A stretch of 64,000 nt of DNA from contig JANQNE010000007.1 in NCBI GenBank assembly GCA_028279725.1, forward strand, positions 99,406-163,405. The letters run 5' to 3'. The position numbers and the translations under genes are program-made. A model generated the notes under the pieces. It made no database searches, was not told where the DNA came from, and saw nothing but the letters and a program-made list of their open reading frames with translations. Below are positions 45,870 through 56,398 of the stretch, one piece after another. This stretch comes from Candidatus Nanoarchaeia archaeon (GTDB lineage Archaea; Nanobdellota; Nanobdellia; Woesearchaeales; JANQNE01). Every line of letters begins with the position of its first letter. Within the stretch, counting starts at the first letter, position 1.

Positions 45870-46427
45870 ATGATAGAGAAGATATCTAACTCTGTAAGAA
45901 AGTTTATTGGAAACTCTAACATCTATGTGATCTTACTGGACAAACCAATAGTCATAGACGCTGGAAACAGGGCAGACAAGCAGCTTGTAGAAAAGTTCCT
46001 AGGTAAATTGATAGACTTAAATCAAGTAGAAAAAGTAATATTCACACATCTTCATTACGATCATATCGGAAATTTTGACCTGTTCCCAAATGCAAAATTC
46101 TACGCTTCAAAAGCTGAGATAGAATCTTTCAAAAAAGATCCGATGGGAACTGTTCTTGATGAAGACACAATAGAAAAATTCAATGTAGAACTTCACCCAA
46201 TAACTTCTGATGAAACTTTAGAGGTTATAGAAACACCAGGACACACTGCAGGTTCTATTTGCTTATGGTTTGATAAAGAAAAAGTTCTCTTCTCCGGAGA
46301 TACACTGTTAAAAGGAGGAACTGGAAGAACTGATCTTCCATCATCACAGCCAGAAGAGATGCAGAAAAGTATCCTAAAACTAATAAAATACACTTACAAA
46401 TATCTGGCAACAGGGCATGAGTATTAA
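45870..46427 (+). CDS. MBL-fold metallo-hydrolase, glyoxalase II-like.
   Basis: FTHLHYDHIGN is an HxHxDH motif. 185 aa. Confidence 0.6.
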   Translation: MIEKISNSVRKFIGNSNIYVILLDKPIVIDAGNRADKQLVEKFLGKLIDLNQVEKVIFTHLHYDHIGNFDLFPNAKFYASKAEIESFKKDPMGTVLDEDTIEKFNVELHPITSDETLEVIETPGHTAGSICLWFDKEKVLFSGDTLLKGGTGRTDLPSSQPEEMQKSILKLIKYTYKYLATGHEY

Positions 46428-47001
46428 AATGAAAAAACAAAACTCAAAGATAAATCCAGAATTGATCTTAAAATATACATTTCTTTTTCTGCTCGCATGT
46501 GTGATAGGCAGGATCTATGAGCTTGATCTGATAATAAGTGCAGGCACATTAAACTACTTAAAATTTTTCCCGACTGCTATCTACACTTTCATCTTTGCAT
46601 TGCCTTATGGGGTTGCAGGATTAGTTCTTTACAAGATTGCAAATGTTTTGAACAGATATGACTTCACAAAAAATAAGACAGTCCTGAAGATAATAATATG
46701 TGTTACGGTGATTAATCTGATAGAACTGATAACTGGTCTGATAGCACTGAAATTTTTAGGGGTTATGCCCTGGGACTACTCTCATCATTTTCTAAATTTC
46801 ATGGGATTGATCTCAGTTCCGATTACTGTAAGATGGCTTATTTTTGTGATAGTTCTGGGATTATTCGCTTACAAGCCAGCTAAAAGATTCATAGAAAGGC
46901 CGCTCCCAAAGAAGATTAAGAAACTGACGATCGCCACACTTGTTGTTTATGGGATTTATTTGATTGCAATAATGACATTAAAAGTTCTTGGGATTATCTA
47001 A
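46417..47001 (+). CDS. Hypothetical membrane protein.
   Basis: Five TM segments. Overlaps the MBL gene by 11 nt. Confidence 0.4.
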   Translation: MSIKMKKQNSKINPELILKYTFLFLLACVIGRIYELDLIISAGTLNYLKFFPTAIYTFIFALPYGVAGLVLYKIANVLNRYDFTKNKTVLKIIICVTVINLIELITGLIALKFLGVMPWDYSHHFLNFMGLISVPITVRWLIFVIVLGLFAYKPAKRFIERPLPKKIKKLTIATLVVYGIYLIAIMTLKVLGII

Positions 47002-47024
47002 GCTGTACAGTCTATTAAAAAAGG

Positions 47025-47537
47025 TTAATCCTTTGCCTCAACATCCTTGATTCTTTTGACAGCATCTATCTTCTTAAGATATCCAGAAACAGATTCAGGG
47101 ACCAGCTCTTCCCACTCCCTTTCATTAAGCAGCTCTTCCCTTACTTTTGTCGCAGAAACATCGATATCCTTAGACACTTCTCTAACTTCATAACCTTTAT
47201 TCTTCTCAAAAAGCATCTTTGTTATCGGAGATCCTGTATACACTATCTCAAACTTAGGACACAATATCTCTACATGACTTACCCACATACCATACTTTTC
47301 TATATCTCTTATATGGATAATCAGATATCTGTCAGTACTTATTCCTTCTCCTTCAAGAGCAGAAGTAATCATCTCAACCCGTTCTCCAGCAGTAAAAGGA
47401 TTATCTCTGGTGTAACATTTCTCAGGACTTCCAATCCCTATTATCAATTTATCAACTTCTTTAAGTGCATTCTTTATTGCAGACATATGCCCGTTATGCA
47501 GCGGCTGGAATCTTCCGATATAAAATCCTGTTTTCAT
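47025..47537 (-). CDS. nadM: Nicotinamide-nucleotide adenylyltransferase, archaeal NadM type.
   Basis: GFYIGRFQPLHNGHMSAIKNAL is the (H/T)xGH nucleotidyltransferase motif in archaeal NMNAT context. 170 aa. Confidence 0.8.
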   Translation of the reverse strand: MKTGFYIGRFQPLHNGHMSAIKNALKEVDKLIIGIGSPEKCYTRDNPFTAGERVEMITSALEGEGISTDRYLIIHIRDIEKYGMWVSHVEILCPKFEIVYTGSPITKMLFEKNKGYEVREVSKDIDVSATKVREELLNEREWEELVPESVSGYLKKIDAVKRIKDVEAKD

Positions 47538-48238
47538 TTTATTTTTATCTTTGGTATTGCATCTGTTTTATGTTTGTTGTTTTTAACCCTTTCCATTATC
47601 TTAGCAGATCTCTTCTTTCCTTCCAGTACTTTATCAATTTCTTCATAAACCATCCCTAGCTCTTTCTCATCAGTATGCCCGTGATAAAGCTCTGCACTCG
47701 GCTCTTTATTGATTATCTCATCAGGCAATCCTAGATATCTGGCAAGCTCAAAAACTTCAGTCTTATAGAGTCCAGCAATGACTTCAACATCAACAGCACC
47801 ATCCCCATATTTTGTAAAATATCCAAGCATAAGCTCAGTTTTATTTGAAGTTCCAACAACCAAAGCATCATGAGTATTTGCATAGTTATACAAAATATTC
47901 GCCCTTATCCTCGCTTTTGTATTTATTACAGCTGATTTATTCTCTCTCCAGCCGACTTTTCTGAAAGGCTTCAGAAAATCATTGATAGGGATTATTTTAT
48001 ACTTAACACCAGCTATCTTTGCGATCTCAATACCATGCTCAACTCCAGCTCTAGATGAAACTCCTTTCTCAGGCAATATCAAGCCAAAAAGATTCTCAGG
48101 ACCAATCGCTTTAGCAACTAAAAAAGCAGAAAGAGAAGAATCTATACCTCCACTTAATCCTATCACAGCTTTCTTGAATCCTGCCTTTTTGAAATAACTC
48201 CTTATATTCTTTACAAGTGCCTTATAGATTTTTTCCAA
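47534..48238 (-). CDS. nadE: NH3-dependent NAD+ synthetase.
   Basis: PP-loop GLSGGIDSS. 234 aa. 4-nt overlap with nadM. Confidence 0.8.
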   Translation of the reverse strand: MEKIYKALVKNIRSYFKKAGFKKAVIGLSGGIDSSLSAFLVAKAIGPENLFGLILPEKGVSSRAGVEHGIEIAKIAGVKYKIIPINDFLKPFRKVGWRENKSAVINTKARIRANILYNYANTHDALVVGTSNKTELMLGYFTKYGDGAVDVEVIAGLYKTEVFELARYLGLPDEIINKEPSAELYHGHTDEKELGMVYEEIDKVLEGKKRSAKIMERVKNNKHKTDAIPKIKIK

Positions 48239-48352
48239 CTTAATCCCCCAACAAAGGTGTTATCTCCCTCAAACTTATAAATCTTTGCCAGAGCACTGGA
48301 CACTGGACATACACGCCCAAACTTTATAAATGAATTTTGACAATAATAGAAT

Positions 48353-50563
48353 ATGATCAATAACTTCAAGCCAAGGCTTTACCAGGAAACTATCCTTTCT
48401 ACAGCAGTTAACTATAACACCTTGGTTGTTCTTCCTACAGGTATGGGTAAGACAGCAGTCTCCCTTATGCTTTCAGTAAAACAATTATCATTGTATCCAG
48501 ACTCAAAAATTGTCATCCTAGCTCCCACAAGACCTCTTATAGACCAACATATGAGAACATTCAAATCATTTTTGAATATTGAAGAGGATAAACTAGCTGT
48601 CTTCACTGGATTTGTAAAACCTACAGTAAGACAAGAGCTATGGAAAACAGCTCAGCTGATCTTCTCAACACCGCAAGGGCTGGAAAATGATATTATCTCA
48701 AACAGGATAAGCTTAGAAGATGTCAGCCTACTTGTCTTTGATGAAGCCCATAGGGCTGTAAAAGATTATTCTTATGTTTGGATTGCAAAACAGTATAATA
48801 AGCTTGCAAAACATCCAAAAATACTTGCACTTACAGCATCCCCTGGTTCTGATATGGAATCTATAACAGAAGTCTGCAAAAATCTGCATATTGATGAGAT
48901 TGAACTAAGGACTGATGAAGATCCTGATGTCAAACCATACATACAGGAGATGGAGATTAAGTGGGCAAAAGTTGATCTTCCTGAAGAGTTTAAAGAAGTA
49001 AAAAGATTTCTAGAACAATGCTATAGGTCAAAGCTTGAAGAGGCAAAGAACTATGGCTATATCTCATCCCCACAGCTGCAGTACGCTTCAAAAGTAGATT
49101 TGTTGAAAATGCAGTCAAGACTTCATGCAGAGATAGCAAAAGGAGATAAAAACTTTGAGATACTAAAATCAGTATCTTTGATTGCAGAAGCTATGAAAGT
49201 TCAGCATGCCATGGAGCTTATAGAAACACAAGACCCATTAGCGCTTCAGATGTACTTTGAAAAACTACAATCACAAGCTGTAACTTCTAAAGTCCAGGCT
49301 GTAAAAAATTTAGTGAGAGATCTAAATTTTAAATCTGCATTCATAAAAAATAATAATCTTGTTGAAAATAACATAGAACATCCTAAGCTTACAAAGCTAA
49401 AAGAGATATTAAGGGAAGAGATAAAAAAAGACAGAGACGTAAAGATAATAATTTTCTCCCAATACCGTGATGTTGGATCTAAGATAAATGATGAGGTTAA
49501 CAAAATAGAAGGAATCTCATCAAAAGTCTTCATAGGTCAGGCAAAAAAGAACGGAAACGGCATGAGCCAGAAAAAACAGATCGAAGTTCTGGATGAATTC
49601 AGAGAAAATAAGTTCAACACTATCTGTATGACTTCTGTCGGAGAAGAAGGATTAGACATACCTTCTGTAGACTTAGTCATATTCTATGAGCCAATACCTT
49701 CGGCTATAAGGACTATCCAAAGAAGAGGCAGGACTGGAAGAAACGAAAAAGGAAGGGTTACTATTCTTATGACAAAAAACACAAGGGATGAAGGATACAA
49801 ATGGTCTGCTCATCATAAAGAAAAAAGGATGTATAGAAATCTGAATACATTAAAGAAAAATTTCAGATCAAACAAAGTAAAACAGCAGCCTGCTATCTCA
49901 GATTATGTTCTAAAAGAAAAAAAGCTAAAAGTATTCGCAGACTTCAGGGAAAAAGGATCTGGTATAATAAAAGAGCTAATAGACTTAGGAGCAAACATAC
50001 AATTAGAAAAACTAGATTCCGCAGATTATCTTTTATCGCAGAGGGTTGCGGTCGAACATAAGACAACCCATGATCTTGTTGAATCAATAATAGATGGAAG
50101 ATTACTACAGCAGATGAAAGAATTGAAAAGAAACTTCGAAAGGCCAATAATCATCGTAGAAGGTGAAGAAGATATCTATTCCTTAAGAAATATACATCCT
50201 AACGCAATAAGAGGTATGCTTGCAACTATCTCAGTAAGCTATGGTGTTCCTCTGATCTATTCAAGAAACTTCAAAGATTCCGCTGCAATCCTGAACATAA
50301 TCGCAAAAAGAGAACAGGAAGAGTCATCATCAGAATACAGCTTACATGGAGATAAAAAACCATTAGCATCAAAAGAGCAGCAGGAATATATAATCTCATC
50401 TCTCCCAGGAGTTGGTCCTTCTCTAGCAAAAGAACTGCTCAAAAACTTCAGGACAGTAAAAAATATAGTCAATTCAAATCATGAATCACTTAAAGAAGTT
50501 GATAAGGTCGGAGATAAGATCGCAAATAATATAAGAAATATAATAGAAAAAGAATATGTTTAA
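48353..50563 (+). CDS. hef: Hef-like helicase-nuclease: superfamily 2 DEAH helicase, then ERCC4/XPF nuclease-like domain, then HhH2.
   Basis: Walker A VVLPTGMGKTAV. DEAH box VFDEAH. C-terminal ERCC4-like VAVEHKTTHDL and helix-hairpin-helix LPGVGPSLAKELL. 736 aa. Confidence 0.65.
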   Translation: MINNFKPRLYQETILSTAVNYNTLVVLPTGMGKTAVSLMLSVKQLSLYPDSKIVILAPTRPLIDQHMRTFKSFLNIEEDKLAVFTGFVKPTVRQELWKTAQLIFSTPQGLENDIISNRISLEDVSLLVFDEAHRAVKDYSYVWIAKQYNKLAKHPKILALTASPGSDMESITEVCKNLHIDEIELRTDEDPDVKPYIQEMEIKWAKVDLPEEFKEVKRFLEQCYRSKLEEAKNYGYISSPQLQYASKVDLLKMQSRLHAEIAKGDKNFEILKSVSLIAEAMKVQHAMELIETQDPLALQMYFEKLQSQAVTSKVQAVKNLVRDLNFKSAFIKNNNLVENNIEHPKLTKLKEILREEIKKDRDVKIIIFSQYRDVGSKINDEVNKIEGISSKVFIGQAKKNGNGMSQKKQIEVLDEFRENKFNTICMTSVGEEGLDIPSVDLVIFYEPIPSAIRTIQRRGRTGRNEKGRVTILMTKNTRDEGYKWSAHHKEKRMYRNLNTLKKNFRSNKVKQQPAISDYVLKEKKLKVFADFREKGSGIIKELIDLGANIQLEKLDSADYLLSQRVAVEHKTTHDLVESIIDGRLLQQMKELKRNFERPIIIVEGEEDIYSLRNIHPNAIRGMLATISVSYGVPLIYSRNFKDSAAILNIIAKREQEESSSEYSLHGDKKPLASKEQQEYIISSLPGVGPSLAKELLKNFRTVKNIVNSNHESLKEVDKVGDKIANNIRNIIEKEYV

Positions 50564-51072
50564 GGTACATCACTCACGACTAAAGTTTCTGTTCCCTCGA
50601 CATCCTCTATCTGTCTTATGTTCTTCTGGAGAAAATCCTCCAACTCTCTGTTTGTCTTTGTCTTAACTTTAGCGATTATATCAAATTGCCCGTAAAGCTC
50701 ATGCACTCTCTCTACTTCATCTCTTTTTGCTAATTTCTCAGAAACTTCTCTTGTCTTCCCATATTTCACTGTAAATAATATGTATGCTACAGAATCGTTC
50801 AGCCCTGTTGACTCATTTCCCCCTTCTTTTATCGTCTCAGAAACAACTAAAGTCTCTGACCTTGTAACCCCAGGAATATGTCTTATCTTTGTCTCCATAA
50901 ACTCTTCTGCATTAACTCTGTTGTCTGCAACAACCTTGACCAATACATCATACTGTCCGTAAAGCTCATGTATATTCTCTATCTCTTTGTATTCAAGAAG
51001 TTTCTCTGAAACTTTCTTTATCTGTGCTACATCTGTGTTTATCAGGATGAATACTTTGAATTTTTCGCTCAT
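50560..51072 (-). CDS. Tandem RAM-domain (Lrp/AsnC ligand-binding domain) protein with no HTH.
   Basis: Two repeats of the pattern ...VEKVHELYGQYDVLVKV... The ORF track extends to 51177. The start chosen here is the MSEKFKVFIL methionine, which avoids a 109-nt overlap with htpX. Confidence 0.5.
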   Translation of the reverse strand: MSEKFKVFILINTDVAQIKKVSEKLLEYKEIENIHELYGQYDVLVKVVADNRVNAEEFMETKIRHIPGVTRSETLVVSETIKEGGNESTGLNDSVAYILFTVKYGKTREVSEKLAKRDEVERVHELYGQFDIIAKVKTKTNRELEDFLQKNIRQIEDVEGTETLVVSDVP

Positions 51073-51980
51073 AATTTCAACTCCTTTAGTTTTTTTATTC
51101 TTTCCTTCATCGGAGGATGTGTACTGAATAAGTTTAATACACCAACTCCTCTGAAAGGATTTGCTATAAACAAGCATGATGTTGCTTTGCTCCCAAAATT
51201 CATCGGATTCATCTTAACTCCTTGCTCTAATTTATGCAAAGCACTTGCAAGATGGTTCGGATCATTTATTATCCTTGCTCCAGTCTCATCTGCTAAATAT
51301 TCCCTAGATCTTGATATTGCAAGCTGTATTATTGTAGCTATCAAAGGAGTTAATATCGCCAAAGCCAGAAGCTCAAACGCATTCCCACTATCTCTGTCTC
51401 TTCCTCCTCCAAATATAGCTGCAAATCGTGCCATAAATGCAACATATGATATCACGCCTGCTATTGTTGCAGCAACAGTCTGCACTAATATGTCTCTGTT
51501 CTTCACATGAGCTATCTCATGTGCGATAACACCTTTTAGTTCATCCTTTGAAAGCAGCTGCATTATACCGACAGTCGCAGCAACAGCTGCATTCTTTGGA
51601 TTTCTCCCTGTCGCAAAAGCATTTGGATTATGCGTCGGTATTATATAGACTTTAGGCATAGGCACTTTAGCCATATGTGCAACTTCTTTGACGATCTCAT
51701 ACAGTTCAGGAGCCTCTTTTGCTGTAACTTTCTTGGCTTTATACATCGCCAAGACAATCTTATCAGAAAACCAATAAGAGCCAAAATTCATAAGCAGAGC
51801 TAAAACCAGTCCAGCAGCCAACCCTGTTCTTCCGCCGACCAACTGTCCTACTCCTAAAAGTACTCCAGTCAGTAATCCCAATAATATTATAGTTTTTATC
51901 TGATTTTTTATCATCTTACCCCCAATTGCTCCAAAGCCTTTTTGATTTAAAAATCTATCGCTTTTCTTTGATCCTTTCAA
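51069..51980 (-). CDS. htpX: HtpX-like M48 zinc metalloprotease.
   Basis: HEIAHVKNRD (HExxH) and the TM topology typical of HtpX. The start may be the internal MIKNQIKT methionine at about 51914. Confidence 0.75.
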   Translation of the reverse strand: MKGSKKSDRFLNQKGFGAIGGKMIKNQIKTIILLGLLTGVLLGVGQLVGGRTGLAAGLVLALLMNFGSYWFSDKIVLAMYKAKKVTAKEAPELYEIVKEVAHMAKVPMPKVYIIPTHNPNAFATGRNPKNAAVAATVGIMQLLSKDELKGVIAHEIAHVKNRDILVQTVAATIAGVISYVAFMARFAAIFGGGRDRDSGNAFELLALAILTPLIATIIQLAISRSREYLADETGARIINDPNHLASALHKLEQGVKMNPMNFGSKATSCLFIANPFRGVGVLNLFSTHPPMKERIKKLKELKL

Positions 51981-52320
51981 AGTAATTCGCTATCCCTTCT
52001 ATCTGCCTTAGCTTTGTTTTCTTAAAAAGAAAATTTCTGAATCTCTTGTCAACCCTCACTCCTCTCTCGCTAAGCCCTGAATTTATCTTTCCAAATAGCT
52101 TTTTCCCCTCTTTATCAAGGTCCATCAGAACAACACAATCCTTGTATCTGTCTGATATAAACTCAACAACCTTATAAATCGCTCTCCTCCCAAGGGTTAT
52201 CACTTTATCAACATCAAGCTCAGCCAAAGCCCGCTTATCTTTAATACCTTCAACCAATATAACTTTACCAGAATCTCTTAATTTCTCAAGTTCTTCGCAG
52301 AATTCATCATATTCCCTCAT
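51955..52320 (-). CDS. Small Toprim-domain protein, tentative.
   Basis: VILVEGIKDKRAL with a conserved E, plus LMDLDKEG as a DxD. Confidence 0.35.
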   Translation of the reverse strand: MREYDEFCEELEKLRDSGKVILVEGIKDKRALAELDVDKVITLGRRAIYKVVEFISDRYKDCVVLMDLDKEGKKLFGKINSGLSERGVRVDKRFRNFLFKKTKLRQIEGIANYFERIKEKR

Positions 52321-52379
52321 AAACTCATTAAAACAAAAAGTATTATATATTTTTATTGTATCTTTCAGTCTGAGGGGGT

Positions 52380-53993
52380 ATGTTAGACTTAAGCACTACT
52401 TTATTGTATTACAAGAGAAAAGATATCCAGGACGCTCTTGTTGATTATGGAAAGAACAGAGAAGTAGTCGGCAGCTTCAAAGGTCAGGGCTTTGCAAAAA
52501 GACCTGACACAATACAATACCCGAGAGATGTTATAGAACTTGTTAAGCAGGGCATAACCTCATTCCACGTCTCTGAAGAAGTTTGGCACAATCCGCTACA
52601 ATTAGACTCAAGCATGAACAGAAGAGATCTTGACGAGCTTAGGATGGGTTGGGATTTAGTATTAGATATTGACTGTCCGTTCTGGCAGCTTTCAAAAACA
52701 ACCGCATGGCTGATAATAAAAGCATTAAAAGAGCATGGTGTAAAATCTATCTCATGTAAGTTCTCAGGAAATAAAGGATTCCATCTTGGAGTTCCTTTTG
52801 AAGCATTCCCTGAAAAGATTTCAGGCAACGACACAAAAGATGTATTTCCAGAAGGCCCGAGAAAGATAGCAGAATATTTAGTAAATTACATGAGTTCAAA
52901 ACATACAAAAGTCGACGGAGATAGTGTTATCTTTGGAGATTCTGTATCTCTCCCCCTAAAAAAGATAGAAGAAGACACAAAAAAGACAAGAGATGAAATA
53001 ACAACAAAATCATGCAGCTCCTGCGGTAAAAAGATAAAAGACAAAGGAACATCTGAATCAAAGTCAACTTTCTACTGTAATTCGTGCGGATTTGAAGAAG
53101 AAGCAAAAACAGATGAACTGTTCAAAAAATGCACTAAGTGCGGTTATCCTGTTGAGGCTGCAGAGACAAAAAAAGCTTTGTGCGACTGTGGCTCAAGTAA
53201 ATATGAGCTTAAGTTCAATCCTTTATCAGTTATTGAAGTTGATACTATTTTAATAGCATCAAGACACCTATACAGGATGCCTTACTCTCTTCACGAGAAA
53301 TCTTCTCTTGCATCTGTCCCAATAGACCCAGAAAAAATCCTTGACTTTGAAAAAGATATGGCAAAGCCAGAAAATGTTAAGATCAATGAATTCAAATTCT
53401 TAAACTTAGAAGAAGGTGTAGTTGGAGAATGCAACGAACTCTTTAGAGAAGCTTTTGATTTCAATCCTGATGTAGATGAAGAAGAAAGCGATGATACAAT
53501 AAAAAAAGATTTTGAATCCTTACAGGAAGCTGCTCCAAGGGATCTTTTCCCTCCTTGCATAAAAAATATCCTCAAGGGATTAAAAGATGGGAAAAAACGT
53601 TCACTATTCATACTTACTAATTTTCTAACATGCTGCGGATGGCAGTATGATGATATTGAAAAGATCCTGAAAGAATGGAATCAGAATAATGAAGAACAGT
53701 TAAGAGAAGTCCTAATCACAGGACAGCTTAGATACCATAAGCAAAACAAGAAAAAGGTCCTGCCTCCAAACTGTCCTCCACACAACACATACTTAAAAGA
53801 CATTGGAGTCTGCGTCCCAGATAATATCTGCAGCAGAATAAAAAACCCAGTTTCCTACACAAAAAGAAAAGCCTTCGCAATCAGCAAACAAGCTGAGCCT
53901 GGCAAAGCAGGCAGAACTAGGCTTACAGAAGAGCAGAAGGAGATGCGTAGAAAACACAGGAAAAAGTTGAAAAAAGAGAAGGAAGAAAATTAA
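52380..53993 (+). CDS. priS: Fused DNA primase: PriS catalytic domain with a zinc ribbon, joined to a PriL-CTD-like Fe-S domain.
   Basis: LVLDIDCP is the catalytic DxD. SGNKGFHL. Zn ribbon CSSCGKK...CNSCG...CTKCG...CDCG. C-terminal cysteines CIKN...CCGW...CPPHN...CVPDNIC resemble the PriL C-terminal 4Fe-4S domain. 537 aa. Confidence 0.6.
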   Translation: MLDLSTTLLYYKRKDIQDALVDYGKNREVVGSFKGQGFAKRPDTIQYPRDVIELVKQGITSFHVSEEVWHNPLQLDSSMNRRDLDELRMGWDLVLDIDCPFWQLSKTTAWLIIKALKEHGVKSISCKFSGNKGFHLGVPFEAFPEKISGNDTKDVFPEGPRKIAEYLVNYMSSKHTKVDGDSVIFGDSVSLPLKKIEEDTKKTRDEITTKSCSSCGKKIKDKGTSESKSTFYCNSCGFEEEAKTDELFKKCTKCGYPVEAAETKKALCDCGSSKYELKFNPLSVIEVDTILIASRHLYRMPYSLHEKSSLASVPIDPEKILDFEKDMAKPENVKINEFKFLNLEEGVVGECNELFREAFDFNPDVDEEESDDTIKKDFESLQEAAPRDLFPPCIKNILKGLKDGKKRSLFILTNFLTCCGWQYDDIEKILKEWNQNNEEQLREVLITGQLRYHKQNKKKVLPPNCPPHNTYLKDIGVCVPDNICSRIKNPVSYTKRKAFAISKQAEPGKAGRTRLTEEQKEMRRKHRKKLKKEKEEN

Positions 53994-54302
53994 TTAATCT
54001 AATAAATATTCTAACTCGTGCATCAATCTTTCAGAAATATGCTCTTTACTCTTGTTTAATTCATTAATTTTTGCTTCAAGTATTCCTAATGCTTTTGCAT
54101 TAATATTAAAATAAGGTATGAGGATACTTAGATCTGGATTCTGTCTAATTTCTTCATTTACTTTTGCTATGTGCTCATCTTCAGAACCAAAAGTAGTCAT
54201 CAATGAGAATCTATCTGTCACTAGGTCATTTTTGATGAATTCGAGATACATAAGATTACTTTGAATATCTCCTTTATATTCCTCGTTATATTCCCCGACC
54301 AT
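53994..54302 (-). CDS. Hypothetical protein.
   Basis: 102 aa. No recognisable domain. Confidence 0.3.
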   Translation of the reverse strand: MVGEYNEEYKGDIQSNLMYLEFIKNDLVTDRFSLMTTFGSEDEHIAKVNEEIRQNPDLSILIPYFNINAKALGILEAKINELNKSKEHISERLMHELEYLLD

Positions 54303-54614
54303 TTTCTAATACCAAAGATTACCTAGAATGCCCCTTTAATGCTTATAAGCCTCCAATCTATATAAATGTTATTTATACATTAAACCAACCATAAGCTTTA
54401 TAAATCAACTCATATTCTCTCAGACAAATCAAATACAGTATTTAAATCAGCTAAAACATGTTTAAATACATTATTACACATGAAACGAGCCTGAAAAGAA
54501 GCTTTTTCAGTACAGTTTCGCTATAAATAGCGCTGTTTCTAAAAAAGGGCTTCATTAAAAGGCTTTTTCCAACCTTTGAGAGAGGACAATTAGACTGAAT
54601 TGTCTCGTTAAAAA

Positions 54615-55595
54615 ATGCCTAAAGCACATAACCCAAGACACGGAAGCATGCAGTTTTGGCCTAGAAAGAGGGCTAAAAGACCTTATGCTAGAGTTAGATC
54701 TTGGTCCAATGGCAAAGAAGCAAAACTTCAAGGATTTGCTGGTTACAAGGCTGGGATGACTCATCTGTTGATTACAGACAACAGAAAAACATCTTTAACA
54801 AAAAATGAGGACATCATTTGCCCGGTAACAGTCATCGAATGTCCTCCATTAAAAATTTCTTCTGCTCGTTTCTACAAAAAAACAATAAAAGGTCTTGTTC
54901 TTCAAGGTGAAATTCTTGCTGAAAAACTTGATAAAGAATTAGCAAGAAAAATCACACTACCAAAAAAAGTCAAGAAGAACTTCGACGATATGAAAGAGTT
55001 TGATGATATAAGAGTATCAGTATTTACTCAGCCAAAACTAACATCAATCGGAAAGAAAAAACCTGAGATTTTTGAAGTTGGTCTAGGAGGATCAAAAGAA
55101 GACAAATTAAACTATGTTAAAGAAAATCTAGGAAAAGAAGTTGACATTGCAGATGTTCTTCAGGAAGGAGAACAGATTGATATTCACGCTGTAACAAAAG
55201 GAAAAGGATACCAGGGCCCTGTAAAAAGGTTTGGTGTTAAGATCAGATTCCATAAAGGAGAAAAAACATTAAGAGGTCCTGGATCATTAGGCGGATGGAA
55301 AGGTCAAGGGCATTTCATGTATAGGATTGCTCATGCAGGTAAGATGGGTTATCACACAAGAACAGAATATAATAAATGGCTTATAAAAATAGGAGAAAAA
55401 CCAGAAGATATCAATCCAAAGGGTGGGTTCATAAACTATGGTCTTGTAAAAAACAAGTATCTGATAGTAAAGGGATCCATTGCAGGTAACAAAAATACAA
55501 TCATAAGATTCAATAAAGCGATAAGAACTAATAGAAAGATACCAACTCAGGCTCCAGAGATACAATACACAAGCTTAGAGTCAAAACAAAGGTAA
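54615..55595 (+). CDS. rpl3: 50S ribosomal protein L3 (uL3).
   Basis: MPKAHNPRHGSMQFWPRKRAKR... Confidence 0.9.
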   Translation: MPKAHNPRHGSMQFWPRKRAKRPYARVRSWSNGKEAKLQGFAGYKAGMTHLLITDNRKTSLTKNEDIICPVTVIECPPLKISSARFYKKTIKGLVLQGEILAEKLDKELARKITLPKKVKKNFDDMKEFDDIRVSVFTQPKLTSIGKKKPEIFEVGLGGSKEDKLNYVKENLGKEVDIADVLQEGEQIDIHAVTKGKGYQGPVKRFGVKIRFHKGEKTLRGPGSLGGWKGQGHFMYRIAHAGKMGYHTRTEYNKWLIKIGEKPEDINPKGGFINYGLVKNKYLIVKGSIAGNKNTIIRFNKAIRTNRKIPTQAPEIQYTSLESKQR

Positions 55596-55597
55596 AA

Positions 55598-56398
55598 ATG
55601 AAAGTATTAGACACTCAAGGAAAAGAAGTAGGAGACAAGAAACTTCCAGCTCAGTTTAAGGAAGAAGTAAATCCAGATATTATAAAGAGAGCTGTCCTTG
55701 CTATACAATCACACAACAAACAGCCATATGGTGCTGATCCGGAAGCTGGAAAGAAATCATCAGCTGAACTTTCAAGAAGAAGGAGAAAGTACAGAGGATC
55801 ATATGGAGTTGGAATATCAAGAGTTCCTAGAAAAGTTATGAGTAGAAGAGGAACTAGGCTTAACTGGGTAGGTGCATTTGCTCCAGGAACTGTAGGAGGA
55901 AGAAGAGCTCATCCGCCAAAAGCAGATAAGATCATAGATCAAAAAATAAATATCAAAGAGAAGAGAAAAGCTATAAGATCTGCTCTTGCAGCAGCTATGG
56001 AAAAAGAAATTGTAAAAGAAAGAGGCCATGAAACACCTGATAATTATCCATTCATCATAGGAAATGATTTTGAATCACTAAAAAAGACAAAAGAAGTTAT
56101 CGCTTCCCTTACAAAACTTGGTTTAGACAAAGAATTGAGCAGATCAGAAAAAAAGACAATAAGATCTGGAAAAGGAAAGACAAGGGGAAGAAAATACAAA
56201 AAAACTAAAGGTCCGCTATTAGTAGTAGCAGACAACTGCACACTTTCAAAAGCTGCTAAAAACATAGCAGGTATAGATATTGTAGAGATAAAAAAGATCA
56301 ACTCAGAACTTCTTGCTCCAGGAGCAGAAGCTGGGAGACTTACATTGTTTACAGAAAACTCAATAACTAAATTAGAAAAAGAAAAACTATTCATGTGA
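55598..56398 (+). CDS. rpl4: 50S ribosomal protein L4 (uL4).
   Basis: Gene order and sequence pattern. Confidence 0.9.
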   Translation: MKVLDTQGKEVGDKKLPAQFKEEVNPDIIKRAVLAIQSHNKQPYGADPEAGKKSSAELSRRRRKYRGSYGVGISRVPRKVMSRRGTRLNWVGAFAPGTVGGRRAHPPKADKIIDQKINIKEKRKAIRSALAAAMEKEIVKERGHETPDNYPFIIGNDFESLKKTKEVIASLTKLGLDKELSRSEKKTIRSGKGKTRGRKYKKTKGPLLVVADNCTLSKAAKNIAGIDIVEIKKINSELLAPGAEAGRLTLFTENSITKLEKEKLFM

